Below, one piece after another: positions 7,988 through 20,918 of a DNA stretch of 56,920 nt. The position numbers were made by a program, and so were the translations under genes. The stretch covers positions 1-56,920 of the IMG/VR virus record IMGVR_UViG_3300045125_000053. One strand, 5' to 3'. The notes below the pieces were generated by a model that made no database searches, had not been told where the DNA came from, and was given only the letters and a program-made list of their open reading frames with translations. Origin of the DNA: a virus (Duplodnaviria > Caudoviricetes). Each line of letters starts with the position of its first letter. Within the stretch, counting starts at the first letter, position 1.

Positions 7988-8995
7988 ATGACTCAAGAGA
8001 TTAGCAAACATTCAAAAGGCGGATTAGCTAGAGCTGAAAACTTATCTGAGAATGAACGCAAAGAGATAGCATCTAATGCAGCAAAATCTCGATGGGAAAG
8101 AGAAAGTGCTTTACCGAAAGCGACTCATTCGCGGTGAATTGGTGATTGGTGATATATCTATTCCATGCTGCGTATTAAGTGACGGCACTAGAATATTATC
8201 TGCATCAGGCATAAGTTCTGCATTAGCCATTAATGCAGGAAGTAGAGGGTCAAGAAAATACAAATCACCAGATAAAAACGATGGCACCCAATACCCTGTT
8301 TTTATTAACTCAAATACCCTAAAACCCTTTGTTGATCAAGTATTTAATGATGGCACCTTTGAACCAATAACATACAAAGACGTAAGACAAGTTAAATACG
8401 GATATGCCGCTGCTATATTGCCTAAAGTCTGTGAGGTATGGTTAAAAGCAAGAGATGCCGGAGCTTTGCAACAAAGGCAGCTCCCAAAAGCGCAAAAAGC
8501 AGAAATACTTATGCGTGGTCTTGCTCATATTGGCATTGTCGCATTAGTTGATGAAGCAACCGGATATCAAGAAGAACGTGAAAATAACGAACTTCAAAAA
8601 ATATTATCTGCTTATATTTCAGAAGAATTTATGAAATGGCAAGCCAGATTCCCTCGCAAATTTTACCAGGAAGTATTTAGGCTCTTTGGGTGGTCTTATA
8701 ACCCTATGTCAGTAAAAAGACCTGGATATCTTGGAACCTTTACTAACAAGTTTGTTTATGAACAGATGCCTCAGGCGTTTTGGAAGAATTGCAAAACAAG
8801 AACCCTAAGAATGATCATGGCAATAGATCGGTAAGACATCATCAGTTTTTAACTAATGAGATCGGGATTCCGCATTTAGACAAACACATTACCAAGCTTA
8901 TTACAATTATGGAGTTATCCGACTCTATGCAAAATTTCGAGGACAACTTTAATAAGCTATTTGGCAAACCTTACAACTCATCTGTTTTTGAGTAA
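7988..8995 (+). CDS. P63C-domain protein, with indels
   Basis: SKGGLARAENLSENERKEIA, IPCCVLSDGTRILS, LAHIGIVALVDEATGYQEER, WQARFPRKFYQEVFRL, HHQFLTNEIGIPHL. Confidence 0.88.
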
Positions 8996-9009
8996 GGATA
9001 AATCCAAAA

Positions 9010-9366
9010 ATGCACAACTGGGTGTTACTTGATACTGGCGCAAAGTTTCAACCTAAACGATTCTTTAATTATCATTTTTATGGCAAAGCATCATCCGTAT
9101 TTATACCAAACGGTTATTTGCATTGGTTGCAAATATGGGATGAATGCTGCGGAATGATGCAGGTTGATGTTTTCTATCCATCACAATGCAATGAAGGTGA
9201 TAAAATTAGCGTTATGGTTTTATTCAAGACAAGTAAGCCTAAATCAAAAATGATTCAATGGATTCATGGCAAATCTGGCTTGTTTGCTGAAAAATATATC
9301 CGCTTATTTTTGACTGGCCAAACTAGCTGCTTAAGGAGAAAATCATGTACTCACAACAAGAACTAG
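9010..9366 (+). CDS. Hypothetical protein
   Basis: ORF with AAGGA RBS. Confidence 0.5.
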   Translation: MHNWVLLDTGAKFQPKRFFNYHFYGKASSVFIPNGYLHWLQIWDECCGMMQVDVFYPSQCNEGDKISVMVLFKTSKPKSKMIQWIHGKSGLFAEKYIRLFLTGQTSCLRRKSCTHNKN

Positions 9367-9533
9367 ACGAAGCAGTTATGAAAGAACGTGAGCGATGCAT
9401 TGAAAAATGCAAAATGGTTATTGAGTATTATGATAAAAAATATAGTAACGATAATGGTTTTTTTGAAGGCAAATCTTGCGGCGCAGAGGATTGTATAGAA
9501 GCAATCAATGGCGCATGGGATAATAGAGAATAG
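9345..9533 (+). CDS. Hypothetical protein
   Basis: AAGGAG RBS; AVMKERERC...EDCIEAI pattern common in small phage ORFs. Confidence 0.6.
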   Translation: MYSQQELDEAVMKERERCIEKCKMVIEYYDKKYSNDNGFFEGKSCGAEDCIEAINGAWDNRE

Positions 9534-9551
9534 GACTGGCGATAGCCAATC

Positions 9552-9589
9552 AAAACACCGCTACTGGGGATTCCTGGTGGCGGTTTTTT
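9552..9589. terminator. Probable bidirectional terminator where the two arms converge
   Basis: AAAAC-ACCGCTACTGGG GATT CCTGGTGGCGGT-TTTTT. Confidence 0.8.
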
Positions 9590-9620
9590 CTATACACATT
9601 ATTAAAACATATATAGAAAA

Positions 9621-9932
9621 TTAAGGTTTTCTATACATATTTAAAAGCCAAATCCACATCCAAACAATAACAGGCCACAATGCATAGCCTGTTATCTTGC
9701 CGTACCAGTTCCAGTCTTGGAACATGTAATAGTAGCGTAGGTCGAGCCATGTTAGAACGTATACGCCCACTATTACATTGATCACAAACGCTATAGCTAA
9801 AATCACAAGCTTTTCCCAAATAAAAACGCCCGGTATAAACGATAAATTATTTGGGTTTTTTCGGATTCATAACCCGTTACGCTGCCGTATTCTTGCAGTA
9901 GGAAATCAATAAAATCATGGTCATTACGCCAT
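9621..9932 (-). CDS. Small membrane protein(s)
   Basis: Hydrophobic ORF 9621-9806; upstream GGAG RBS and ATG near 9932 suggest an indel or two short genes. Confidence 0.45.
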
Positions 9933-9947
9933 GATTTCTCCATTAAA

Positions 9948-10421
9948 TTAATATCTAACAGGGTAGCTATTTAAAATAATCTTATAAACCGTACTAACCT
10001 CTGAAGGCGTATAGCCAGCATCGGTTCGCAACACTGCATATAGATTATTATTGGTCAGCGTAAAATACTTGGTCGTGTCTTTGCTGCTAACTAATGTGCT
10101 ACCTTTGTCAGTCAAAGCTGCAAATTGAATTGAATCAAGATATTTAACCCGATCCCCTGCTGACGACAAATCCCATACCGCATTATCAACAATAGCATTA
10201 GGCGCATCGGTGTAAAATTCCAATGTATGCGTGGTCATACTGGCAGGAATGGCGGCAATATTAATCATTAAGACTGCATTAGTAATGCAAATTTGCCGTG
10301 ATGTAGAACCTATATCAGGAAACACTAATATAGCTGATCCTGACGTATCTCCAACGGCATCGCCAGCAGTATAAGCTGTTGTATTGTTTGGGCGTGTTAA
10401 ATTAACAATTGAAGCAGGCAT
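9948..10421 (-). CDS. Putative virion-associated beta-rich protein
   Basis: RPNNTTAYTAGDAVG...LYAVLRTDAGYTP; lies in the late-strand cluster. Confidence 0.6.
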   Translation of the reverse strand: MPASIVNLTRPNNTTAYTAGDAVGDTSGSAILVFPDIGSTSRQICITNAVLMINIAAIPASMTTHTLEFYTDAPNAIVDNAVWDLSSAGDRVKYLDSIQFAALTDKGSTLVSSKDTTKYFTLTNNNLYAVLRTDAGYTPSEVSTVYKIILNSYPVRY

Positions 10422-10432
10422 GATACTTTCCC

Positions 10433-11032
10433 TTATCCGTAGAAATTAGGTGCTTTATTAATCGTTGATACTCGATCAACCTGCAAATGCACATCAGAGG
10501 TAAACATAAATAGTGCATCGCTCAACGTATCATTAGCATGTGCAGCATCACGAAATATTCTAACCAATATCAATGCGTCAACTTCCATTTCAGCAGAGGT
10601 GATAGCTGCGGTTTCAGCAATCATATGTTTATAAGCTGTGCCGCTTGCTGCTTGCTCGACATACACCGTAGTTGTTGCACCAAATACGCTTTGATTATGA
10701 CCCTTAGCAACGGTGTATTCAAAACCAAAACGTGCCACACCGTTATTTGTTCCGGTGGTACTCCAGTGAGCATGAATATAAAACGAACTACCTTGATAAT
10801 ATCCATGTGGAATATGGAAAACTGCCCAAGCTTCATTCATAGCAGATGCAGAGAAAGACAAGGCGCTAATGCCTTCTCTAAAGGTTGCCCATGTTGGGTT
10901 ATTTAGGCCAGTGCCTCTTATATCAATTTCAGAAGTGATATCAATAAACCCAACACCACTTTGCTGCGAGGTGATATCAATAGTGCTATCGTCTGCGGCG
11001 CTAACCGCTTTACTATTATTCACAAAGGACAT
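10433..11032 (-). CDS. Putative tail or receptor-associated beta-sandwich protein
   Basis: FHIPHGY...HAHWS...RIFRDAAHANDT. Confidence 0.55.
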   Translation of the reverse strand: MSFVNNSKAVSAADDSTIDITSQQSGVGFIDITSEIDIRGTGLNNPTWATFREGISALSFSASAMNEAWAVFHIPHGYYQGSSFYIHAHWSTTGTNNGVARFGFEYTVAKGHNQSVFGATTTVYVEQAASGTAYKHMIAETAAITSAEMEVDALILVRIFRDAAHANDTLSDALFMFTSDVHLQVDRVSTINKAPNFYG

Positions 11033-11363
11033 CGACGCCTCCCACATTTGCTGTTACTTTTGCACTTGTGCCAGAAATAGCGGTCAATCTGCAACGATAA
11101 ATATTCCAGTGAGGTGCAAATAACAAACCATCAGCGGCGCTAGTTGTGCCAGATAAAGACAAGGTTGAAACGGTGACAAAGCTTGTACCGTCATTGCTTG
11201 CCTCAAAAATAACGGTAGCTGTAACTGCGCCTGTCCCTGTGACGACAGCTTGAAAAGAAAGCTGACTAGGATGATTATTGACTTGTGCAAATTCGTATTC
11301 AGTATTGAACACTGATGATGTGGTAGGTGCGGAAGCTGCCGCGCTCAGGATTGTTTTTAACAT
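11016..11363 (-). CDS. Putative virion protein
   Basis: FEASNDGTSF...YRCRLTAISGTSAKVT, typical of small phage beta-sandwich proteins. Confidence 0.6.
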   Translation of the reverse strand: MLKTILSAAASAPTTSSVFNTEYEFAQVNNHPSQLSFQAVVTGTGAVTATVIFEASNDGTSFVTVSTLSLSGTTSAADGLLFAPHWNIYRCRLTAISGTSAKVTANVGGVDVLCE

Positions 11364-11398
11364 TGTTTTAGTCCTTTAAAAAATTACATTATATCATT

Positions 11399-14300
11399 TC
11401 AATTCAAACGCTTATATTCTTTAAGCGCCATATCCTGCGCTTTATCACGCAGCTTTTCAGCTTGATTAGCATACATCTTAGCTTGCCCTATGCGTCCTTG
11501 TTTTTCGGCCTTTGTTGCTGCTGATTGTTTGCCTGCCGCACTAGCATTTAAACTTTTGACTTCTTCGCTTAGTTTAGCTAGCCGTTTTTCTTGTGGTGTT
11601 AGTTCTTCGCCGCGTGATGCTTTAATGGTCGCCTTATCAGCTTTGCCTAACACATTGTAATATAACATCTGTTTCATTCTATCATCGTCTTGCTGCGAGA
11701 CAAAACGGTCATAAAATATTGATGTGGTTTTCTGTCCTCTTGCTTCCTTGGCTGGATTTTCGACCAGTGTTTTCAAGACCTGATTACCAACGGCTGAAGT
11801 ATAACTTCTTAAGAATTCTTGAACCTGCTCAGGATAAGCATTAATCCCGATTCGTCCCAATTCCCGCGCCACGTCTTTGTAGAATTGCGGCGTGTTCTTT
11901 TGCCTTGAATTGACCGGGCTATTGATTCGTCTTTGAATTGCTTGGTTAGTTGGTTGCCGAATGTATTAACGTCCATCGCTACATTAATAGCGCCCTTGCC
12001 TATTTGCGGTGTCATGGTTTGCACAATAAAGGTTAATGGGTGCTGGGCTATTGGTGCTTCAGAAGGCGCGACTGGTGTCATGGTTTTGACCCATGACTTA
12101 ATGATTTCGCCCACAGTATCTTCAATCGTCTGACTGCCTTTTGCAGCCCGAACAATATTAACCGCATTGCTCCAGGCGAGCTGCTGAATTCCAAAGCCAA
12201 CCGGGACTTTTAAATAGCGCCCTTTTTCACCCAGCGGAATCATGATATTGCGGTCAACGGCAAAGTTACTCTCTTTGTCCATCCGGTTAACGCCTAATTC
12301 GTCGTCATCTTCGCCGGACCTTAGCATTGAGTATAAAACCATACCCGCTACCAGATAAGCACCATAGCGGTATTGTCCTCTAGGTGTTGATAGCGTTTGA
12401 ATCAACTGGTGTGCACCATTAGCAGTAGGCTGGGCAAACATATAAAGGCCACGCACCATACTAAGACCCGCGCCTTTCTTGTGGAAGTTCATTAAGTTTA
12501 ATGTGGTGGCTGCTGCCGATTCTGAATCAACACCATTATTCACTAGCGATTTGTAAACGCTAAACGGTGCGATAACTTCAAAGACGTTGTTATAGCCTTC
12601 AACAGCCTTCATAGCCTTAGTGGATAGCTTAGTGATGCCTTCAAGCTTTTTAAGCAGTTCGCCTTTATCTGGGGATAAGTAATCGCCCCAGGTGGCAAAA
12701 GCACCTTCATTAATAAAGTCTTTGAATAGTTTTACATCGGGGTTAGTATCGTCAACCGTAGCGGTAACGCCCTTGGTTATCATGGGCGCAATCTTGGCAA
12801 TAGCGCCGATATTCATTGCATATTTCAAAGCATCGCTACCAACTTTATTCATGTCGATATTTTCATATCCTTTGATTTTGCGAGTACGAATATTCTCGGT
12901 GCGTTCAAATACGTCACGGATAGCGTTGACTGGGCCAAATGTCGGCATTATCTGTGTTGCCATTCTTGAATAGAACCGCGTCACTGGTGCAAACACATCA
13001 AGCATAGACGGCACAGTCTCGACATTAGCTTTACGCAAAGCATCAATAGCCGCTTTATTATTCAGTTCATAAACGAATGTTGTGCCATTCTTCCGCACAA
13101 TAATGCCCGAATCACTGGGGCGAATACCTTGGCGTTCAGGTTTGCGCTGCCAGCCGGTTTCGTCGGCAATTTCTGTCATGGCATCTTTTTCAGATAGGCC
13201 GGCAGCAACTTTATCGTCAATCATTTGCTGATAAGTTTCGCCCAGGTAATCTTTAAATTTTACCCATGCGTGATAACGTGCTGATTTCTCGATTTGTTCA
13301 AAGCTTGAATCAATGCCATTTTGTGCAATAGATTGAGTGCGGCCTTGTAATCGTTTATCTTTCGATTGATTGACGTTGCCGACATAGAATAAGCCATCAT
13401 CTGAATCGTCACGCAGCATATCTTTAGTATCGCCAGTCAATGGCACATAGAACCCGCTATCATCGAACTTGTCAGCCATTTCCTGCGTGACTTTGCCATT
13501 GGCTATGTCTTGCTCTAGCTTCCATTTGTTCATTGAATAGACGCGCTCTGCTACGGTTTTAATTAGGTTTACATCAACCTTACTTTCAATCTTAGCCATC
13601 AAAGCTTTAGCGGTGTAGTTGTTATACCCACCAGCTAGGCCGATATCATGCTTCTCGTTTACCGGGTCAACGAATTGCTGCTTATTCATTGCTTCATCAA
13701 AGGCAACCAATAATTTATCAGCCTTGCTTGAAGCAGTTTTTAAGCCTAACAATTCAGCATTATTTTCACGGTCAGTTTTTTGCGGGTCTGGAATAAAATC
13801 TTGAACTGCTTGTGCGGCTTCATCGGCTGCCGCTTCATACTGTTTTAACAAACGATGATTGGCAATCTGTGCATATTTCAGCGTCATCCATTGCCCTGCC
13901 ATTTCTTTCGACCAGTTGAAGTTTTTACCTGTTGCCACGGCTATCGCTTTAATGCCTTCGGCAATATCTTTACCGAAACGGTCCATTGCTTCTTTTTCAA
14001 AAGCTTGCTTCCGTCCTGGCGCTAAATCCTTTGCTTGCACAATCTTAGCGGCTTGCAATTGGTCGGGTAATTCGCGCATAGCCACATCAAATGGGCGAGT
14101 GGAATCGACCAAGTAAGTGACAATCTTGTCGTTCAAATCTGAGGTAGTGAAATCACGTTTAGGCATCTCACCCGAATCAATTACACGCTCTAAGTCGTTG
14201 GCGCTGGTGGGGTTGTTTTCGGATTGGCGGAGGACTTTGCTGAAGCGGATATCGTTGTTTGTTGATGAGAATGCGCCAGTGTTTCCTGTGGCTGATTTGA

Positions 14301-17300
14301 TTTGGTTAGCATTAAAAACGATGTATGAATCTTGATACCTTCTTGGATCGCCTTTTTCAAAATTAGTATCAGGCTCGCCGGTGTTTTTATAAATAATTCC
14401 ATCATATCCAAGCTTTAACAGTTCACTTCTTAATGCTTCCTGTTTAGCTTCTAATGTCCCCTCGTCTATATAGGCGATAGACATTTCTTCCCTAATATTT
14501 TGGCCTGTTCTTTTGTTATGTAGCCATTATCAAAAATGGCGGTAACAGTTTGACTAGGAACACCAAAACCAACATCAGGAAGTCTAATAATATTTTTAGC
14601 ATTTAAGTATAAGCTAGCTATTCTTGGATCACCTTCGGCATACTCTAGCCGATTAATAATGAAATTTGCTTGCCGTGTTGTTCCGAAATGATAACCAATA
14701 TCACCTTTATTAAATTCTGTAAAATCAGCTTTAGTCCCATGATAAACAACCAAAGGCTCCCCATTCTCATCAACAACTTTTGATGCGTTCTCAGGGTCAT
14801 TTTCCCAGTCACCGAACCATGCCTTGAATTCAGGAGTTCTAACCTGTTTCCATTGAACAGGGTTAAGGTTTGATGGTTTGCCGTTGGGGCTTTTAATACA
14901 CCGCTTCCTTGCTTACTCGCCAACAAATTCGCTGATTCTTTGTAGTCTGGATCGAAAGCGGCGTTGATGCTGCGGATATTTTTAGGATCGAATACAACGG
15001 TTGTGTTTACGTTTCGGTTGAATGATCCAACATCATTGATAACATTAATTCCATCATAGCCATTATCAATGAAATATTTAGTGATTATGCCTCTAAGCTT
15101 TACTGCTGTTGCGTTTTGATCTGATTTCCATAAATCCATAATCATATCAAGATGCTTGTCTATTAATTCATCATTAACGCCTTTTTCAAAGGATTTATCA
15201 AATAAGAACCCAAACTTTTTATCATAATCAATGCTTTTCTTTTCCCATGAATCAAATAGCTTTCTAAATTCACCATCAACCCGTAAAAGTCTTGCAACAT
15301 CATCTCGATGGACAAACTTCATGACATTATTTAAGTTTATAAATACTGGTATTTGAATACCATTATCAGATAGCCCTATACTTTTATCATTGCTCTTTAA
15401 AAATACACCGTCCGGCATTCCGTTGTCAGATGCTCTAGCGCCTAAACGATTTATATCAAAGCCATTTTTATAAATTGATTCTTCGTTCTTACTCTCGGTT
15501 TCGTGATAATAAATTTTATCAACATCAAACCCCATAGCCCTAGCACGTTCCATCCTTGCCTTTTGACTCATATCAAGCCCTTTAGCTTTAGCTCTTAGCC
15601 ACTCTGTAGCCTCGCCAATATCATCGCCCTCATAGCCAGCTTTTTTAGCTGATATCATTACCCCATCACCCACACGATCAACCGGATCAAACATTAAGCT
15701 ATCAGGTGCTTTTCTAAGGGCTGAAGTTGCCATAAACACAATATCTTCAGGCGTCAATCTATTTGCCCATTGCAGCATTTGATTCTTGCTAATGCTTGGG
15801 AAGGTGTTTGCAAAGGCGCGTAACGCTTCTCTAAACCATGCTTTAATGCGTTGGGTAATGCTTAGTTCTGGATGATTCTCAACTAGGTACGCGGCTATTT
15901 CGCTGTTAACGTGTTCGGGTAAAGTATCTTCAGGGACTAAGGCTTTAGCGGCTTTTACCTTGTCATCAGTGGTTGATAGTCTTTCGACTTCAGCCATGAT
16001 AGCTTCGTATTGTTTTTTGGTTTTTCCTAGCTGAAGTGCATGCTCACCAATCTCATGCAACGCCAAGCCTAGAATATTTTTATTCTGGTCGATGTTATCC
16101 GCTACAAAATAGCTGGTATCGTTGGCAGGATTGTAGAAAGCTTGGATATCGCCATTCTTTGAATACTTGGCTTCAATCTTGATATCGTTTTCATCAAAAA
16201 TGACATAGTTGAAATTTAAGTCTTTCTCATTGTCAATGTCGGCTATTTTTTTATTAGCAGATTCTATTCTGCTATTTAGCTCCGCTATATCATTGTTTCT
16301 TCTATTGAAGAATGCTGGCAATAACCCTGGATAGTCTTTGTTTCGATCAATTTCAGCTTGAATTTCTTTTACTTGTGAGCTTAGTTCGCTTACTAAATCA
16401 ACTAACTGTTTTCTATCGGCTGTTCTCGATGCTTGACTACGGCTAGAACCATCTAGGTATTTTATGCCGCGTATGCCGATGCTGTTAAGGTAGTCTGAGG
16501 CTGCTTTGGCTGAACCTAGTTCATTTGCAACAAATTTTTCATAAAATGAATTGCCGGTTTCAAAATCAACAAACCCCTCAAAAGATTTGCCATTGATATA
16601 TTTGTCATAAAATTGTTTTGCTGCGGATTTTACTCTCTCACTCTGCTCAGATAGCGGCTTATCCCATAACAAATACTCGTCTTGTTCGGGGGCTAGGTCT
16701 ACTTCGTAGAGTCTACCCAGAACTATTTTTATTTTGTCTTTAGCTGTATGGTTTTGGACTATCTCGTTTAATTTTTCAAAATATCCATCTTTATAACTTT
16801 TGTCTTTTGTCCATTCCTCGCCATTAATAAAATCATTAAGCCATGCTTTTGCATGTTTTTTAGCCTTAGATAATCCATCATTTTTAATTAGGGCTAATGC
16901 TTTAAATTCGCCTGAACCCCTATAATAAGTAGCTCCTTTGTAATTAAAAGAACTAATATCGTAAGATAAATTATCCCTATACCACTCCGCAACCTCCCTA
17001 CTACCCGCAAAATAAAGCCCCCAACCATAAACCTGCGCCCCCTCGCCGCTTCCGATCTTATCCATTGAAAACTTGTCGTGATCGTGTGGCGAACCATGCC
17101 ATACCTTGTGAAACTTAACCTGTCCACCAATCAAGTCTTTAGCTTCACTAGCATTAATAATTTTAAACTTCCCAGTCCCCATCAACCTCTCAGTAAACCC
17201 ACTACCGAATTTCCTGTCTAATACGCGGGTTGTTTCTTTGGCTAGGGTTTCGGGGGTGTGGGGGTTAGTCGTTGGGGATGCTTCGGATTTCTGAATATTA

Positions 17301-20300
17301 TCATCAGGCTTAATCCTCCCCTTAGCCTTCTCCACGCTGCTCTGAGGCTTGAGTTCTTCTTTGGGTTGTTGCGCTAGGATCTCTTTCTTCAACGCAATCC
17401 GATCTTTAAGCGGCTGACTGTTGAATTCTTCGGGGGTTATGGTGTCGCCGTTTAGGTTGACTGGGTTGTTTAGGGTTAGGTCTTTGAATGGCTCAGCACG
17501 TTCAACCTTTTCCATCGGGTTGGACATACCAAACACATCACCAGTCTTTGGTACATTCCCCGCCATTTCATCAAATACATCATAGCCGCTTGCTTTTTCT
17601 GACCGAATTAACTCGTCTTTTCTGGCTTGCTCTGCGTCTTGTTTTGCTCGCTTGGCTGCTTGCTGCTCTCTATCTCTGAGTTCTTGTTCTGTGTAGCTTG
17701 AAAGCGCCTCAACGCTATCTTGGCTAGATGCTGATGTTCTTCGGGCGTTATTTTCTTGGATGATGTCATTTAGGTCCTGCTCCCATGAAGATATTTCATT
17801 TTCAGGAAATTGGTTTTTATTAATCATGTCTTTCAACATGCTGTAATGTTCGCTACCAGCCTCTTTAGCCAGATTAAGCAAACCTTCAACACGTTGAACA
17901 TGCTCGGCATGATCTTGGTTTATTTTTTCTTCATATTGGATTTTAGCTAAGTTTTCATAGCCTGCATTGTTATAAATCTTTTCGTTTTGGTTTATCGCTC
18001 TGGAAACTTTATCAACTAAATCGTTTGCATCAGCAATGTCAAAGTTATGGCTAGTGCGTAATAACTCAGCCATTTCGTCATAGGTTTTTGCATTCTTTGA
18101 ATTATGGAATACCCGCTTAATGCCATGACCACGTTTAGATAATGCCGCGTTATCAATTCCTTGTCTTAATGCTTCACTGGCTTTTAAGCCGCCTATTTTT
18201 GATATTGCTGATAATAAATCATCATTGTCATTAACTATTGGATTCTTTTTGGCGTGGCCTTTAATAAATCTTTTTCTGGTTTTGAATCATAAGTATCAAT
18301 AGCCCGTTGCATGACTTCTTTATCCCATGCTTGACCAGTCTTTAGTTCAAATTTTCCAGTATTGGCGTTTGTCTTGATCAGTTTGTTTTTTGCATACTGA
18401 TCATATATTTTTCGGCATCCTGTTTAGAAAATCCAAATTGTTCTTGAACGCTATCAATAAAAGAATTTTGAGCATTTACAATTCTTTGGGCGATTGGTTT
18501 AGCGGCAACTGATAGCTTAAACTGCTGCACCAAATAATCCGTAGTATCACCTATAGACATATCTTTAGTCGGTGTTTCAGCATTGGTCAACCTACTATTA
18601 TCTTCAGAATACCACTTTCTAAAATCAATCAACTCTTGTGTATTTAGATCACCTTTATCTTGTGCGCGTCTGTATGAGTCCTGCTACTTTTCTAAGTGCT
18701 GCGCTATTGGTGCTATCACTTAAAATATCTTTTACAATGGAATCTGCGTCTTTTGATATTCCTACCGCTTCCGCTGCACCTGATACCGCTTGTCCAGTTT
18801 GACCAGCTCCCACCTCCGTTGCATTTCCTGCTGTATTTGTTGCGGTGTCATTGAGTGGGATTTTAGTTTTACTTTGGACATTGGCGATGTTCTCTTGAGC
18901 TTGTTGCTGTAATTTAGTTACTTCTTTAATGGGCAGTTGCAGATAGGCGCGAGTCTGACCTATCGGTTTAGTCAGATTGTCATAGACATATTTTGACTGC
19001 TCAGGTGTTAAGTTGCCTAAAGGTGGTAGGTCAGGACTAGCAGGTTGCTGCTCGGACTGTGATGCCTGATTTCCCACTTCAGGTATTGAGGGTGCGGCCT
19101 GTGTCGTTGGTGCTGCAACCTCTTGCTGCTGTACCTGTAGGCGCTCTGGATTATCAGTCGTTTGAGCCTGTTCGATGGTGGGCGCTTTCGATCTTTGAAC
19201 TGGAATATTAGCATTATCTAATATAGTTGTTTCAGTTTGTAACGCAGTATTGGCATCTTGAGCCGGTTCATTGATCGTCGGCTCTTGACTACCTGATTCA
19301 AGGTTAGCGGTGTTCGCTTGATCTTGACGTATTTCTGGTGCTTGCTGAACCGCATTTAGCAGCCCCGCTTGTTCTTGCCCGGTGTTCTCATTGGTTGTTT
19401 CTGTGGCTGATTTTTGGGTTTCATTGATAAAGTCCTGTAAAGCAGATGATTGAGATTGAGCACCGACGGTTTCCTGCGGAATAATCCCTGCTGTGTCATC
19501 AGCAATGGGTTCCGGTGTAGAAATCGCTGATTCTCCTGGGTTAAGTATTGTTTCAGCATTTATTGGTAAATCGGCTGGGGCAATGGTCGATAACTGACTT
19601 TCGGGTATAACCGGATTTTCAGCTTCGATTTGCGTTGCAACATTTTGTGTTTGTACTTCATTGAGTAAACGGTTTCCTTCTGTTACGTCTATGATTGTAG
19701 AATTAACAGCATTGCCGAATTGCTGTATAGCCTCGTCAGCGCTGCCGGTATTTAGGATGCTGCTGCTAATCCGGTCATTCGCTCTGCGGATTGCATCGCT
19801 TGGGCTGAGTGGATTTATTTCAACTTCATTTGGCTGTGCAGGTTGATTTCTGAACTCGTTTAAAAGTTCTTCCATTGGGCGGTTGATTGGTTGGGTTGGT
19901 TCGGGTTTATTAAAAGCCCCGCCAACTCCACCCATAACGCCGCCACCAATACCCCCATAAATGCAGCAGTACGGGCTTGTGATAACGATTCAGGTGATAA
20001 GGCGTCATTACCCTTGCCGTATTCTTCAGTTAGCGTCTGTGCGCCTTCTGTAGCTGCTTCCATCGGTGCAGCCATTAAGCCTGTCGCAGCGCCACGCATT
20101 AACGGATTAGCCAGCTTAGAGCCGAATTTACCCGTTAAAGCATCCAGCCCTAATTTATCTCCGGCAAAATCCAAAGCAGTTGCGCCAATGGTTGCTGCTG
20201 CACCTTGCCCTAATTCGCCCGGTGTTAATGCTCTATTTTCTTCGGCTGATTTCTGCGCTAATCCTCCACCAATTTCGCTGCCTTCCATAGCGGCTGAACT

Positions 20301-20909
20301 GCCAGCGATAGCAGCGGTTGAGCCAGCTTTAGCGATAGTTTCACCAGCGATTTTAGTAGCCGCTTCAACCGTTAAACCTTTTGCGACATTATCAGCAACA
20401 ATCTTTTCAATAACCCAAGGCGCTGCCTTTTCCGCTGCTAGCATCCCCAGCTTGCCACCAAGCATTGAAGTAGCTAGTAATTGCACACCTTGCCCAACTG
20501 CCTGACCTGCGCCATATTGCGCTAAATCAATTAGCTTGCTTGGGTCGCCGCTATTACTAACTTCATCCCATGCTTGGTCAAAGTTAGTGCTAGGCTGTTG
20601 AATACTAGCGTTAGCATCTTTGTATTTATCAACTAAGTAATTCTTGGCCTCAGTGAAATTTCCGCCTTCACCAAAAGCAGCCTCTCCACCTGCTGCTACT
20701 GCTGCGCCTAAGCCGTAAACAGTTGGTTTTAATTGCTCGAAAGAGTTTTTTAAGCCTAGTGTGAAATCTGAAGTTTCTTCTTCGGGCTTTTCGTCCGGTT
20801 CATCGTACCAAACAGGTGTGGAAGTGCCTTCAGATGCCTTAATAATTTCATCATTTGAAAGCGAATTATATTTAGGGTAAAAGGCTCTAAAAGCTGATAA
20901 TGATGGCAT
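11399..20909 (-). CDS. Giant (~3,100 aa) polyvalent, probably virion-ejected protein with ART-like domains, a zincin-like motif and an LPD38-like C-terminus; split by indels
   Basis: Overlapping or closely spaced ORFs 19860-20909, 18655-19935, 18378-18632, 14645-18073, 14466-14753, 11809-14484, 11399-11872; motifs VWHGSPH..GWGLYFA, LHEIGEH, YYHET, WFGDWE..PLVVYHGT..GYDGIIY..YIVFNANQIKSATGN. Confidence 0.8.
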
Positions 20910-20918
20910 CGAATATCC

